Assembly (NCBI GenBank): GCA_944393125.1
Contig: CALXZB010000004.1
Coordinates: 1-63,659 of the forward strand
Source: an uncultured Clostridia bacterium
GTDB lineage: Bacteria > Bacillota > Clostridia > TANB77 > CAG-508
Reading direction: 5' to 3'
DNA: 63,659 bases
Shown here: positions 39,563-49,000 of the stretch, piece by piece
Numbering within the stretch: position 1 is the first letter of the stretch
How the letters are laid out: every line of letters begins with the position of its first letter
Made by a program: the position numbers and the translations under genes
The notes under the pieces: model-generated
What the model was told of the DNA's origin: nothing
Database searches by the model: none
Seen by the model: only the letters and a program-made list of their open reading frames with translations

Positions 39563-41515
39563 TTAATAATTCTTTCTAGACTCTACCAATTTATTTAAGT
39601 TTGTTTCCACAAATTCAAATTCTTTTTGTGTAGGCATTATTTTTAATATTGCTGTTTCTTGCCCTACTTTAAATAATCCTTCACCTTTTCCACAAGTAAC
39701 TAAAAATCCTGCTTCTCCTTCGCTCAATTTAAAAACTTCTTTCAAATATTGAATTTCTGATTTATCTTGTGCTAAAAATAATTTTGTATCTGAAGATGTA
39801 AGAACAGCTTGTGCTTCCGGCTTTTCATAAAAGTCTTGGAATCTTTGAGAAACTACTGCAAGTGAAACATTTCTCTTTCTTGCACGTCTTGCCATTGTAT
39901 TTAAAAAGTCTACAGCTTCTGGGTATGGCAATAACATCCATGCTTCATCAACAATAATTCTCTTTTTTCTTGCTTTTCTTCTATCTTCGCTATTTTTCTT
40001 TACAAGTTTTTCCCAAATCCATGTTAAAAGAATTTGTTGTGCTAATGGTCTAGCAAATTTTTCTTCTAGTTGAGAAATGTTTAAATTGATGAATGGTACT
40101 CCTTCTGTTAATTCAAATGTTGACTGTCCATCAAAATATGCCATTTGCCCATTGTATTCTCTTATATATTGTTTCATTACTTTTAGCAAATAACTATAAT
40201 GAAATCTATAATCTTCATTTGTATTTTCTTGAGCTTTCTTTTGTAATCTTTTATACCAAGAACCTACTGTTGGCATTTTTTTCTTTGCTTTAAATAGTTT
40301 GTCTCCTCTATTTGCATTACTTGATTTTTCATATAAACTGCTTGGATCACTTGTAATTCCTATACTTTCATATTCTTCAGCTACAGCCTCAGCTATTATC
40401 TGTTTAGTTAACTCATTTACTTCTTTACTTCTTGTACTTCCTCTAGCCATTGTAAGTAATGATTGTGTTACATCTTCTACTTTACTTTCTACATTAATTG
40501 TTAGTCTTTCTCTTCCTGTTATTTCATCTTTTATCGTTTCTGTTTCCAAATCAAATAAATTTATTACTGTCTTAGATGTAGGACTAATAACAACATTTAT
40601 TCCTCCTAGTGATTCAGCTACTATAGTATATTCTCCTTCAGCATCAAGAGCTAAACTTTCTATTCCCATTAAGATTGAAGATCTGCTTATTAATGTTTTC
40701 ATTGTTACAGATTTACCTGCACCTGATTTAGCAAATATAACCATATTGTAATTAGTTAATGAATTATGAAAATTATCGAATAATATAGGAGTTCCTGTTT
40801 GCTTGTTAAATCCTAATGGTATTCCTGTCGAATGACTAACATCAGATGTTGTAAATGGAAATACTGTTGACATAGATCTCCTATCAAATGTATGTTGTTT
40901 GTTTATTTTATCTTCCATTAATGGCAAATTAGATTTAAATGCATCTTCTTGCATTGCCCATGCTGTTTTTATTCCAACCAAAGATTTTGACATTTCTGTT
41001 GATAATAATTTTGTTAATCTGTCTAATTCTTCCAAACTATATGAAAATATTGTTGAAACAATAGAAGCTTCATATAATCTATTAAATCCTGCTGCAATCT
41101 CATCTCTTAATTGCTCTGCCTCAAGTCTTTTTTGAGTTAAATTACTTTCTCTATTGATATTTCCCTTATCTGCAGCAACAATTCTTTCTGTTTCTAATTC
41201 ATTTATTATTCTATTTAATTCATTTTGAGATTTTGCTTCTTGTATTGGTTTTATATATATTGATGTATTTATATCTCCAAAAAAATACATATCTCTAAAT
41301 AATTCAGGAAATGTACACATTCTTGGTAAACCTGATACAAAAAAACTCCTTGCATATTTTTTAACATTTGATATTATCTCTAGATGATCTATATTACTTG
41401 CATCTATTCCAGATGGAGCAATTAATTCTTTTATACTCTTTTTTTTCAAAAACTGTGTTGATTGTCCTTCATTATACAACTGCATTTTTTCTTCTTCCTC
41501 TTGTTTTCTTGCCAT
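39563..41515 (-). CDS. T4SS ATPase VirB4 (TraE/TrsE/PrgJ-like)
   Basis: 650 aa with an AAGGAGG SD. Typical Gram-positive VirB4 N-domain (IAPSGIDASNIDHLEI...YARSFFVSGLPR), Walker A AKSGAGKSVT, Walker B RIIVDEAWML. Confidence 0.9.
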   Translation of the reverse strand: MARKQEEEEKMQLYNEGQSTQFLKKKSIKELIAPSGIDASNIDHLEIISNVKKYARSFFVSGLPRMCTFPELFRDMYFFGDINTSIYIKPIQEAKSQNELNRIINELETERIVAADKGNINRESNLTQKRLEAEQLRDEIAAGFNRLYEASIVSTIFSYSLEELDRLTKLLSTEMSKSLVGIKTAWAMQEDAFKSNLPLMEDKINKQHTFDRRSMSTVFPFTTSDVSHSTGIPLGFNKQTGTPILFDNFHNSLTNYNMVIFAKSGAGKSVTMKTLISRSSILMGIESLALDAEGEYTIVAESLGGINVVISPTSKTVINLFDLETETIKDEITGRERLTINVESKVEDVTQSLLTMARGSTRSKEVNELTKQIIAEAVAEEYESIGITSDPSSLYEKSSNANRGDKLFKAKKKMPTVGSWYKRLQKKAQENTNEDYRFHYSYLLKVMKQYIREYNGQMAYFDGQSTFELTEGVPFINLNISQLEEKFARPLAQQILLTWIWEKLVKKNSEDRRKARKKRIIVDEAWMLLPYPEAVDFLNTMARRARKRNVSLAVVSQRFQDFYEKPEAQAVLTSSDTKLFLAQDKSEIQYLKEVFKLSEGEAGFLVTCGKGEGLFKVGQETAILKIMPTQKEFEFVETNLNKLVESRKNY

Positions 41516-42665
41516 TTGATTTTCCTCCTTCTTCTGTATTTGATAATTTCTCAGCTGCCAAATTTTTAATTTCTGTTCCTAAGTATTGTTCATTATCTTC
41601 AAGTATCATTCTTGCAACATCATTGATTATATCTTCCATATTGTCTTCTTTTTCTTTTGCTCTCATTTCAAGTTCACTTTGTGCTTCTTGTATTTTTTCT
41701 TTTGCTTTAATCATAGCTTTTTCTTTTATAATCTTATCTAATTCTTTAATTTTCTTTTCATATACATCTGGAGCTGTAGAATATAATTCGCTAAATCCTG
41801 CTTTTACAAGTCTATCTAATGTTAATGTTTCTGCTTCATCTCTGTTATATGCTATATATAATAATTCAATAAGTTCATTTGTTCTTAATATTTTGCCTTT
41901 AACACCACATGCTGACAATGAAGAAATTATTGATTGTGCTCGTGTATATAATTCTGAAAAGGCTACATTTTTTAATTCTGCTTTGTCCAATTTTTCGTTA
42001 CTTGCTTCACTTGCATAATAAGGAACAATAATATAATAATTTTTACTCAATATATTTTTGTTTAAACTCATTCTTTCTGTATCTTTAACAATAGAAACTC
42101 CATATTCATATAAATTTGATTGTTTTGTTAGTTCATATTTTGCCTTTGCCAATTGTTCATCTGTGTACTCATCTGAATCTAACATTTCTTCATATCTCAT
42201 TTTCATATTTTCATACTTATTTTCTATTTCTTTAATTTTCTCTCTATATACAGTCAAACTGTTTTCTAAATTGATTGCTCTTGTTTGAATATATATTTGA
42301 ATAGTATTTCTTAAGCTGTTTAGAAATTGTACGAAACCTTCTTCTACACCATTTTTTTCTACTCCTGACATTAAGTCATAATTTACACCTTGGCATTCTA
42401 CTACCATTAAAAATCTAGTTGAATTTTTTTGTATAATCATATTATCTTCTACTTCATCAAATTCCATAAAATTGAATATTGAATCTTTATTTGAATTTAC
42501 ATTTGTAGTTCTATTTTCTTTTTTTGTTTCGCTTACATTTTGACTCATTTTTTGCTTATATTTCAAATATCCCCAATATATTCCTAGTCCTAGTAAAATT
42601 ATTACTACTGCTCCTAGTATATATATAAGAATTTGTATTAGTTGTTCAGTAGATTGACTATCCAT
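41472..42665 (-). CDS. Membrane-anchored protein resembling a VirB4 N-terminal domain without an ATPase module
   Basis: 397 aa with one N-terminal TM. The body shows the same motif order as VirB4 N-domains (FLMVVECQGVNYDL ... FVQFLNSL ... IQIYIQTR ... ILRTNELIELLYIAYN). No Walker motifs. It overlaps the PrgI-like gene by 8 nt and VirB4 by 44 nt. Confidence 0.65.
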   Translation of the reverse strand: MDSQSTEQLIQILIYILGAVVIILLGLGIYWGYLKYKQKMSQNVSETKKENRTTNVNSNKDSIFNFMEFDEVEDNMIIQKNSTRFLMVVECQGVNYDLMSGVEKNGVEEGFVQFLNSLRNTIQIYIQTRAINLENSLTVYREKIKEIENKYENMKMRYEEMLDSDEYTDEQLAKAKYELTKQSNLYEYGVSIVKDTERMSLNKNILSKNYYIIVPYYASEASNEKLDKAELKNVAFSELYTRAQSIISSLSACGVKGKILRTNELIELLYIAYNRDEAETLTLDRLVKAGFSELYSTAPDVYEKKIKELDKIIKEKAMIKAKEKIQEAQSELEMRAKEKEDNMEDIINDVARMILEDNEQYLGTEIKNLAAEKLSNTEEGGKSNGKKTRGRRKNAVV

Positions 42666-43005
42666 TTAACTTTTCCTCCTTTGCATATACATATAATTTT
42701 TTGCTTTTTCTTTTGAATTTTATATATCTAATTAAAACATCATCTATATTTTCTCCACCTACTTTTTGTGATATTTTTAAACCATTTGCTTCAGGTACTT
42801 TAAATGTTCCTATTGCATATCCTATACCTGCAAATATTAATGTAATTATGATTCCTAACATTGTTAATCCTAATAAACTAAACAAAAAATAAAATATAAG
42901 GCCAACAACTCCTCCTATTGTTGATGTTACTATTGATTTTGTTGAAAATATAAATAATATTCTTCCTTCTCCTTTGACATTTCTTGGTAAATTATATGTT
43001 CCCAT
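42658..43005 (-). CDS. PrgI-family / VirB3-like small T4SS membrane protein
   Basis: 115 aa. MGTYNLPRNVKGEGRILFIFSTK followed by two TM helices. AAGGAGGA SD. Position is immediately upstream of the VirB4-related genes. Confidence 0.75.
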   Translation of the reverse strand: MGTYNLPRNVKGEGRILFIFSTKSIVTSTIGGVVGLIFYFLFSLLGLTMLGIIITLIFAGIGYAIGTFKVPEANGLKISQKVGGENIDDVLIRYIKFKRKSKKLYVYAKEEKLNG

Positions 43006-43049
43006 TTTTTCCTCCTTTGTTATGATATAATAATTCTATTATATTATAA

Positions 43050-43092
43050 CAAAAAAAATCGATAAATGGAAGTATTTATCGATTTTTTTTTA
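43050..43092 (-). terminator. Strong bidirectional-type terminator after the third pilin gene
   Basis: Perfect 10-bp stem ATCGATAAAT / ATTTATCGAT with a 6-nt loop, flanked by a 7-nt A-run and an 8-nt T-run. It lies between the pilin gene (stop 43107) and the PrgI-like gene (start 43005). Confidence 0.75.
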
Positions 43093-43106
43093 TTTTTTAT
43101 ATTAGA

Positions 43107-43466
43107 CTACTTATTTAGTCCATCAGCAAAATTGAAAACCATAGTAGCTATTGTTGAAGCTCCGAAAATTAATATTGCACCAACAACATATGGAATCATT
43201 GTCTTTTTATATTCTGCTTTTTCTTCTGCTGAACCCATCATATATTTTATACCTAGTACCATTAAAACTAATACAGATACAACCATTCCAATTGTTGATA
43301 ATATACCCATTAATTTTTCTCCCAATTCTGATATTCCTTCTGTACCTTCAGGATTAGGTTTTAATTCTCCTGGGCTTGTTGTTGCAAACACAACTGAACC
43401 TAACATAGCTACCATTATTAATACTGAAATTAATGTAACTAAAATTTTCATTGTTCTTGTTTTCAT
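43107..43466 (-). CDS. VirB2/TrbC-like pilin paralog 3
   Basis: 119 aa. Signal peptide (..VVFA-TT), then two TM helices separated by the conserved loop GIKYMMGSAEEKAEYKKTMIPYVVG. AAAGGAGG SD. Confidence 0.75.
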   Translation of the reverse strand: MKTRTMKILVTLISVLIMVAMLGSVVFATTSPGELKPNPEGTEGISELGEKLMGILSTIGMVVSVLVLMVLGIKYMMGSAEEKAEYKKTMIPYVVGAILIFGASTIATMVFNFADGLNK

Positions 43467-43530
43467 TATATAAACCTCCTTTTATTTTTTATTTATATTT
43501 TAATCTGGTTTTCCAGAATTTTAATAACTA

Positions 43531-43947
43531 TTATATGTTTGATAATACTCCCATCATTATTTTCCATATTCCAAATGCTCCGAATGTTATCACACAGCCT
43601 ACTACATATGGCATTAAAAGTTCTTTTGTTTTTGCTTGTTCCTCTATACTTCCTGTCATAAGTTTTATTCCTATTACAGCTCCTATTATTACTGATATAG
43701 AAATTCCTAATGTAAGTAATGCATTATATATTATATTTACTGTATGAACTATTTGATTTTGATCCACTACTGCTTGTTCAGGATCTTTTTTGCCTTCTTC
43801 TTCTCCATCTTTAATAAATTCTTCTCCTGAGTTTTTGATATCCTCCCAAAAACCTGCATTTGAAACTGGTATAAACATAAATTGAAATATTAGAATAATA
43901 ATTATTATTTTAAATATTATGTTTGTTACTTTTATTTCCAATTTCAT
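43531..43947 (-). CDS. VirB2/TrbC-like pilin paralog 2 (divergent)
   Basis: 138 aa. Signal-like N-terminus (..VSNA-G), an acidic mature N-terminus, and the loop GIKLMTGSIEEQAKTKELLMPYVVG between two TM helices. The SD GAGGGG abuts the ATG, so the TTG two codons downstream may be the real start. Confidence 0.7.
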   Translation of the reverse strand: MKLEIKVTNIIFKIIIIILIFQFMFIPVSNAGFWEDIKNSGEEFIKDGEEEGKKDPEQAVVDQNQIVHTVNIIYNALLTLGISISVIIGAVIGIKLMTGSIEEQAKTKELLMPYVVGCVITFGAFGIWKIMMGVLSNI

Positions 43948-43964
43948 CCCCTCTTTTTTGAATC

Positions 43965-44339
43965 TTATATTTTTATAGCTATATTGTATATTACGGTAGC
44001 AATGGTTGGAATAGCAAACAACAATATTGCTCCTATTACATAAGACATCATTGTTTTTTTATATTCAGCCTTTTCCTCTATGCTTCCTAACATATATTTG
44101 ATACCGATAATCATCAAAATAACTACTGACAAAATTGTTCCTACTACATTTATTACTCCTAATATTATTTCTGTCATACCTTTTAGTCCTTCGTCATTAT
44201 CACGAGCTCCCATTGGATTATATTGTTCAGGATTATCTAGTGGATTGTTTATTGCATGTACATTATAATTGCTAAAAATTGCTAATACAATTGCAAATAA
44301 TAATATTATTTTTATCACTATCATTATTCGATTTTTCAC
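43965..44339 (-). CDS. VirB2/TrbC-like pilin paralog 1
   Basis: 124 aa with a GTG start and a GAGGTGA SD. Signal peptide (..NVHA-I) and the loop GIKYMLGSIEEKAEYKKTMMSYVIG between two TM helices. Confidence 0.75.
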   Translation of the reverse strand: MKNRIMIVIKIILLFAIVLAIFSNYNVHAINNPLDNPEQYNPMGARDNDEGLKGMTEIILGVINVVGTILSVVILMIIGIKYMLGSIEEKAEYKKTMMSYVIGAILLFAIPTIATVIYNIAIKI

Positions 44340-44383
44340 TTTGTATCACCTCATTTTACAATTTTATACACTATATTATATAA

Positions 44384-44412
44384 ATTATACAATATTTGAT
44401 GTTTTCTTGCAA
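44384..44412 (-). promoter_or_regulatory. Consensus-like sigma-A promoter of the pilin cassette
   Basis: On the minus strand: TTGCAA (44407-44412), 17-nt spacer, TATAAT (44384-44389), about 45 nt upstream of the first pilin start. Confidence 0.65.
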
Positions 44413-44523
44413 GTTTTTTTGATAAAATTTGTAAGTTTTTTTATAAAAATAGCTATTTTAAGCTAAATTTTTAGTTTGTTTTTCTGTGATTTTCAAAATT
44501 TTTTAGTCAAAATTTAAAATAGC

Positions 44524-44555
44524 TAGATTAGAAAACTTTTAAATTTTCTAATCTA
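44524..44555 (-). terminator. Terminator hairpin after the 449-aa gene
   Basis: Perfect 12-bp stem TAGATTAGAAAA / TTTTCTAATCTA with an 8-nt loop, about 50 nt downstream of stop 44607. Confidence 0.6.
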
Positions 44556-44606
44556 ACTATTGGTATATTTCTAAAACATTTTTGTTTTTCACCGATTTAT
44601 TTAACT

Positions 44607-45956
44607 TTATTCTATATTAAATGAGTATACAAAATTCATTTCATCTTCTAATTTCATTATAATATTAAAATTTTTGTCTTGCATATTCTCTCCATCTCTC
44701 TTAATTTTGGCTTTGTATATATATATTTCTCCATCTTGTATAAGTTCTACAAATTCTATTGTATTTTCTTTTGAAATATTATTTTGTATATATTTTTGGA
44801 AATCATCTTCTGTTGGATATCTGCTACTTCTAAATGTAGTATCTAATTTATTGTATAAATATTCATAATCTTTATCTTTTAATGCCTCTTCTATTTTTTG
44901 TACATTTAGTACTACTTTTTCTTCACTTGTTGCAGTATTATATTGTTCAATAAATTCCGGTAAATCTACAGTATATAAATCTAGGATTAAATTATAATTC
45001 ATTACTGCATTTTCATTGAAAATATAGTAATTTTCATTTTGGTCTATGCAAATATATTGTACATAATCTTCATATACATTATATTTATAACTTTGTAGTG
45101 TTGCAGTAATTATGTTTCTTCTATTTTCTTCAATATATTTTTCATATTCTGATATTCCATTAAATTTGTTTGTCTTGTATTCTTCATCTAATTTTTCATA
45201 CAAATAATCTATGTTATCATACATAACAGATTTAGTATAGCTCTTTAAAAGTTCTTTTGCATATTCTTCATCGTTGATATATTCATAATTGTATTTATTG
45301 TATATTCTATTTTCAATTTCAGTTATATCTATTTTTACTTCTGTTTTATCAAATTGATGTTTATTAGCATATTCATAAGTATATATATTAAATGTTAAAT
45401 TATTATCATCTAATGCTAGAACTAAATTAAACTTTTCTTTTTCAAGGCTGTCTTTTTCTACTATTTGTCCAGATATGTAATAAAACTTTAGAGTTTCTGT
45501 TATTTCTCTTACATACATATTTTCAATCAATATTTCAATATCTTTATAATTTCCTAGTTTTTCTTGTAAATTGTTAGTAGTTAGTGCCATTTCTTTTATA
45601 CTGTTTTCATCAAAAAAACTATATATACGTTTTTTTACTGTTTCTTTTTCCTTCTCTATTGTTTCATTTAAATTTTCCATTCCTTCATCTTGTTCAAAAA
45701 TTAAAATGTCTTCTTCTGTTTTATTTAACTCACAAAGTGCAAAAAAATATTGATTTATAACATTCTTTACAGTAAAAAACTCATTTTTTATTGTAACTCT
45801 TTCTATACTATTTTTAATTTCAGTATTTGATACATTTTCATTTGGAGTTATATCATTATTGATTTTTTTTAGTTTCAGTATCATTATTAAAATTATTAAC
45901 ATTAATATTATTAGTATAGTAATTAATATAATTATGAATTTTGAAATTTTTTTCAT
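44607..45956 (-). CDS. Membrane-anchored T4SS-associated protein with repeated modules (candidate VirB8/TcpC analogue)
   Basis: 449 aa with one N-terminal TM. Internally repeated module (DYLYEKLDEEYKTNKFNGISEYEKYIEEN versus YEYLYNKLDTTFRSSRYPTEDDFQKYIQNN). The functional assignment is inference. Confidence 0.6.
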   Translation of the reverse strand: MKKISKFIIILITILIILMLIILIMILKLKKINNDITPNENVSNTEIKNSIERVTIKNEFFTVKNVINQYFFALCELNKTEEDILIFEQDEGMENLNETIEKEKETVKKRIYSFFDENSIKEMALTTNNLQEKLGNYKDIEILIENMYVREITETLKFYYISGQIVEKDSLEKEKFNLVLALDDNNLTFNIYTYEYANKHQFDKTEVKIDITEIENRIYNKYNYEYINDEEYAKELLKSYTKSVMYDNIDYLYEKLDEEYKTNKFNGISEYEKYIEENRRNIITATLQSYKYNVYEDYVQYICIDQNENYYIFNENAVMNYNLILDLYTVDLPEFIEQYNTATSEEKVVLNVQKIEEALKDKDYEYLYNKLDTTFRSSRYPTEDDFQKYIQNNISKENTIEFVELIQDGEIYIYKAKIKRDGENMQDKNFNIIMKLEDEMNFVYSFNIE

Positions 45957-46013
45957 ATTTATCTTCCTTTAAATTTTATATTTTTTCATTATTGAGTAAT
46001 GGAACTAGATTTA

Positions 46014-49000
46014 TTATCCTCCAGAAATAACCTCTTCACCAGATGCATTTGTATATTTTTCTTGAGTAAATAACAACCAATTTGCATATTTTCTATCATA
46101 TGTTGTACTTGAATAATTAAACGGTTCATAATTTCTTCTAAGTTTTTCTGCATCAAGTTTTCCATTTTCATCTAAAGAATTTCTATATGCATCTGGAAAT
46201 TCATTAATATTTCCATATTGATAACATACTGCTGTTAGAGCATCCATTTGAGCTTGTGAAAAATTGAATTCTGGCAAATAATCAGCAATTTTGCCTTTTA
46301 CTGAACTTTGGAATCCTGATATTATATCATTTAAGACAGTTAGTACTGTGCTTTTATCCACTAAAGAACCTTCACTTAGTGATATTACATCAATTCCATA
46401 AGCAGAAAAATTACTTTGCCAGTTATAATATCCATTTCCAAATAGTGGATGTACTACTTTTGCATTAGATTCACTTGATATAAAAGTAGCTATTCCATAT
46501 GCAATATTATTATGACCATAACTTCCATCTTCGTAAACAATATAGTTCTTCTCATCTGCAGTTAAATATTTTGATGGAAATTTTGTACTTCGACCTGTTT
46601 CATATGCCCATAATGCTCCGTTTTCCCATAGTTTAATATAATTTTCTAACGCATTTCCTATAACTTTGTTCATAGAATTTGGATTAATAATTTGAATATT
46701 GTACTCTGTCACACCATAATCTTCGCCTGTTGCCTTATATAATAAGTATTTTGTTAAATCAATCATTTCGACTGTATCTTCACTATTATTTAATATTTGT
46801 ACTAATATTTGTAGCCCACTAATAATATTGCTTCTTGCAGTTCTATATTTTATAAATAAAGTAACAAAATTATCTTCTTCTGATTTTTTATCTGTCTTTT
46901 CTATTGTTTCTGCTGGAGATGAAATATATTTCGTGGTTAGTGTGGTACTTGTGTTATTAACAGTTCTATTTATTGTTTTATAATAATATTTACTCCATAA
47001 ATTTGTTACACGAGTTATTACATTTGTATATGTTTGTAAATATTCACGTTGTTTTGCCTGTCTAAATCCTTCTGCTAATCCAGCTGTATCTATTGCATCT
47101 TCTTTATCTGGAGAATCTTCACTTGGATATTCATCATCTTCAAAGTCATTGCTTGATTGGGTAGTCGTAGGTTCCGCTACTTGTTTTTCAGCTTTTTGCG
47201 TGTAATCAGCAATCCATACATTTGCTTTTGTTAAAATTATGTTTATGGTGTTTGTCTTAGTTATAATTGTAGTAGTTGTTGTATATTGCTGTTCTAATTC
47301 TTTGGTAAATGGTCCTCCATATTCATTTTTATTGTATATAATTTGGTTATCACCACTATATGCTACATTTACAGTAATATCATCTGTAATTACTTTTGTT
47401 GATTTAGTATATGTATCTGTCATTACAGTTGTATTTTCTGTTAAATTATCGTATATTGTAATTTCTATCTCACTATTATATACTAAGTCTGCTAATTCAA
47501 GAACAAAGTCTTTATCTTGTGATATAACTAATAATGCCCATAAATAGTCAAATGGCATTTTATATTCATTTGTTAATTGTTGGTAATTTATTTTAGTTGT
47601 TATCATACTATATTGAGTTACATTTTTTTGTTCTTGTTCAGGATCATCTGATGTTACTATTTCTGTTGTTTCATTCCAAGTTGCAACTTTTGCATAGTAG
47701 CCTGCAGATCCTGAAGTTGTCCATTGTGAAGATGAATCAACATTAATTGCAGAACCAAATCCACCAGTTCCATTTCCTTGTCCATTATCATACTTATACA
47801 ATAATGGATCAATATAAGCTCCATTTAATTTTATTGCAAAATGTAAGTGTGGTCCTGATCCTATTCCTGATTTTCCTGATAATGCTATAACTTGTCCTTT
47901 TGACACAACATCTCCTACTGATACAAGTAATTGACTATTATGTAAATACCATGATTGAAAGCCGTTACCATGATCTATTGTTATAAAGTTTCCATTGAAA
48001 TCATTATAATCTGAATTTACTACTGTACCAGATTCTGTTGCATATACTTCTGTTCCAGTGGTAACACCTATATCTATTCCTTGATGATATTTAGACGCAC
48101 CATCTACGTCGATATTTCTATATCCAAAAGGTGATGTTATTGAAGCTGTTGGGCTTGTTGGCCATTTAAGTGGTGCGTTTTCTTCATCACTCGTTTCAAT
48201 GCTACTATTTGTATCACTGCTTGTATTTTCATCTTCATTACTAGTAATATTTTCACTACCAAAATTAGGATTGTCAAAATAATTTCCTCCATTTATTACT
48301 TTTAATGCAGAACCTTGCCACTCAGGATGACATGAGCTAGTTCCTGGGTTATCATGCATTGAACTTGCTTGTCCACAATCATTGTAATCTGGATAGAGTC
48401 CACTTACCCATCCAGGTGTACACCAAGTCACCTCGTTAACGTAAAATTCTAATATATTTGTACCACTATGATGTCCCCATTCATTTTTTGCATCTTCTCC
48501 TTTTATATCACAGATAATACATGGAATTATTTGTTCTTGACCATTTTTGTCTATGTAATAATAATCTATGTAATCTCCAACTTTTCCAAATTTATCTGTT
48601 GTAGCTACAGTATACCTTCCATTTATTCTTCCAAATCCTTCGTTATCAAAAGTCATTCCAGCTTGTTCTTTTAATTTTAATTGTTCATGTAAACCTATAA
48701 GTTGCCAACTATTAAATGTATATATTGTACCATAGTTTTGACCTTGTGGTATTTCAATAACATCTCCTTTTTCAATTATTTCTGCCTTACCATCTGTTCC
48801 AATTTCATAGTTTCCACCAGTTGATGATTGATATCCTTTTTCAATAGTAAAATGATTTAATGCTTTTTCTTTAAACTCATCTGATCCTGTTTGATTATAC
48901 TGGTCTATATAAGATTGAAATGTTTCTGGATCTACATATGTTAAAGTCTCTACAGTTCCATCACTTTTTTCTCTTTTTAATTTTATAATTCCTTGCACAT

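Noticed and set aside
45989-46171. 60-aa minus-strand ORF overlapping the 3' end of the giant hydrolase gene in another frame.
   Set aside because: It lies almost entirely inside the 1134-aa CDS in a different frame. It has no SD and no recognisable features.
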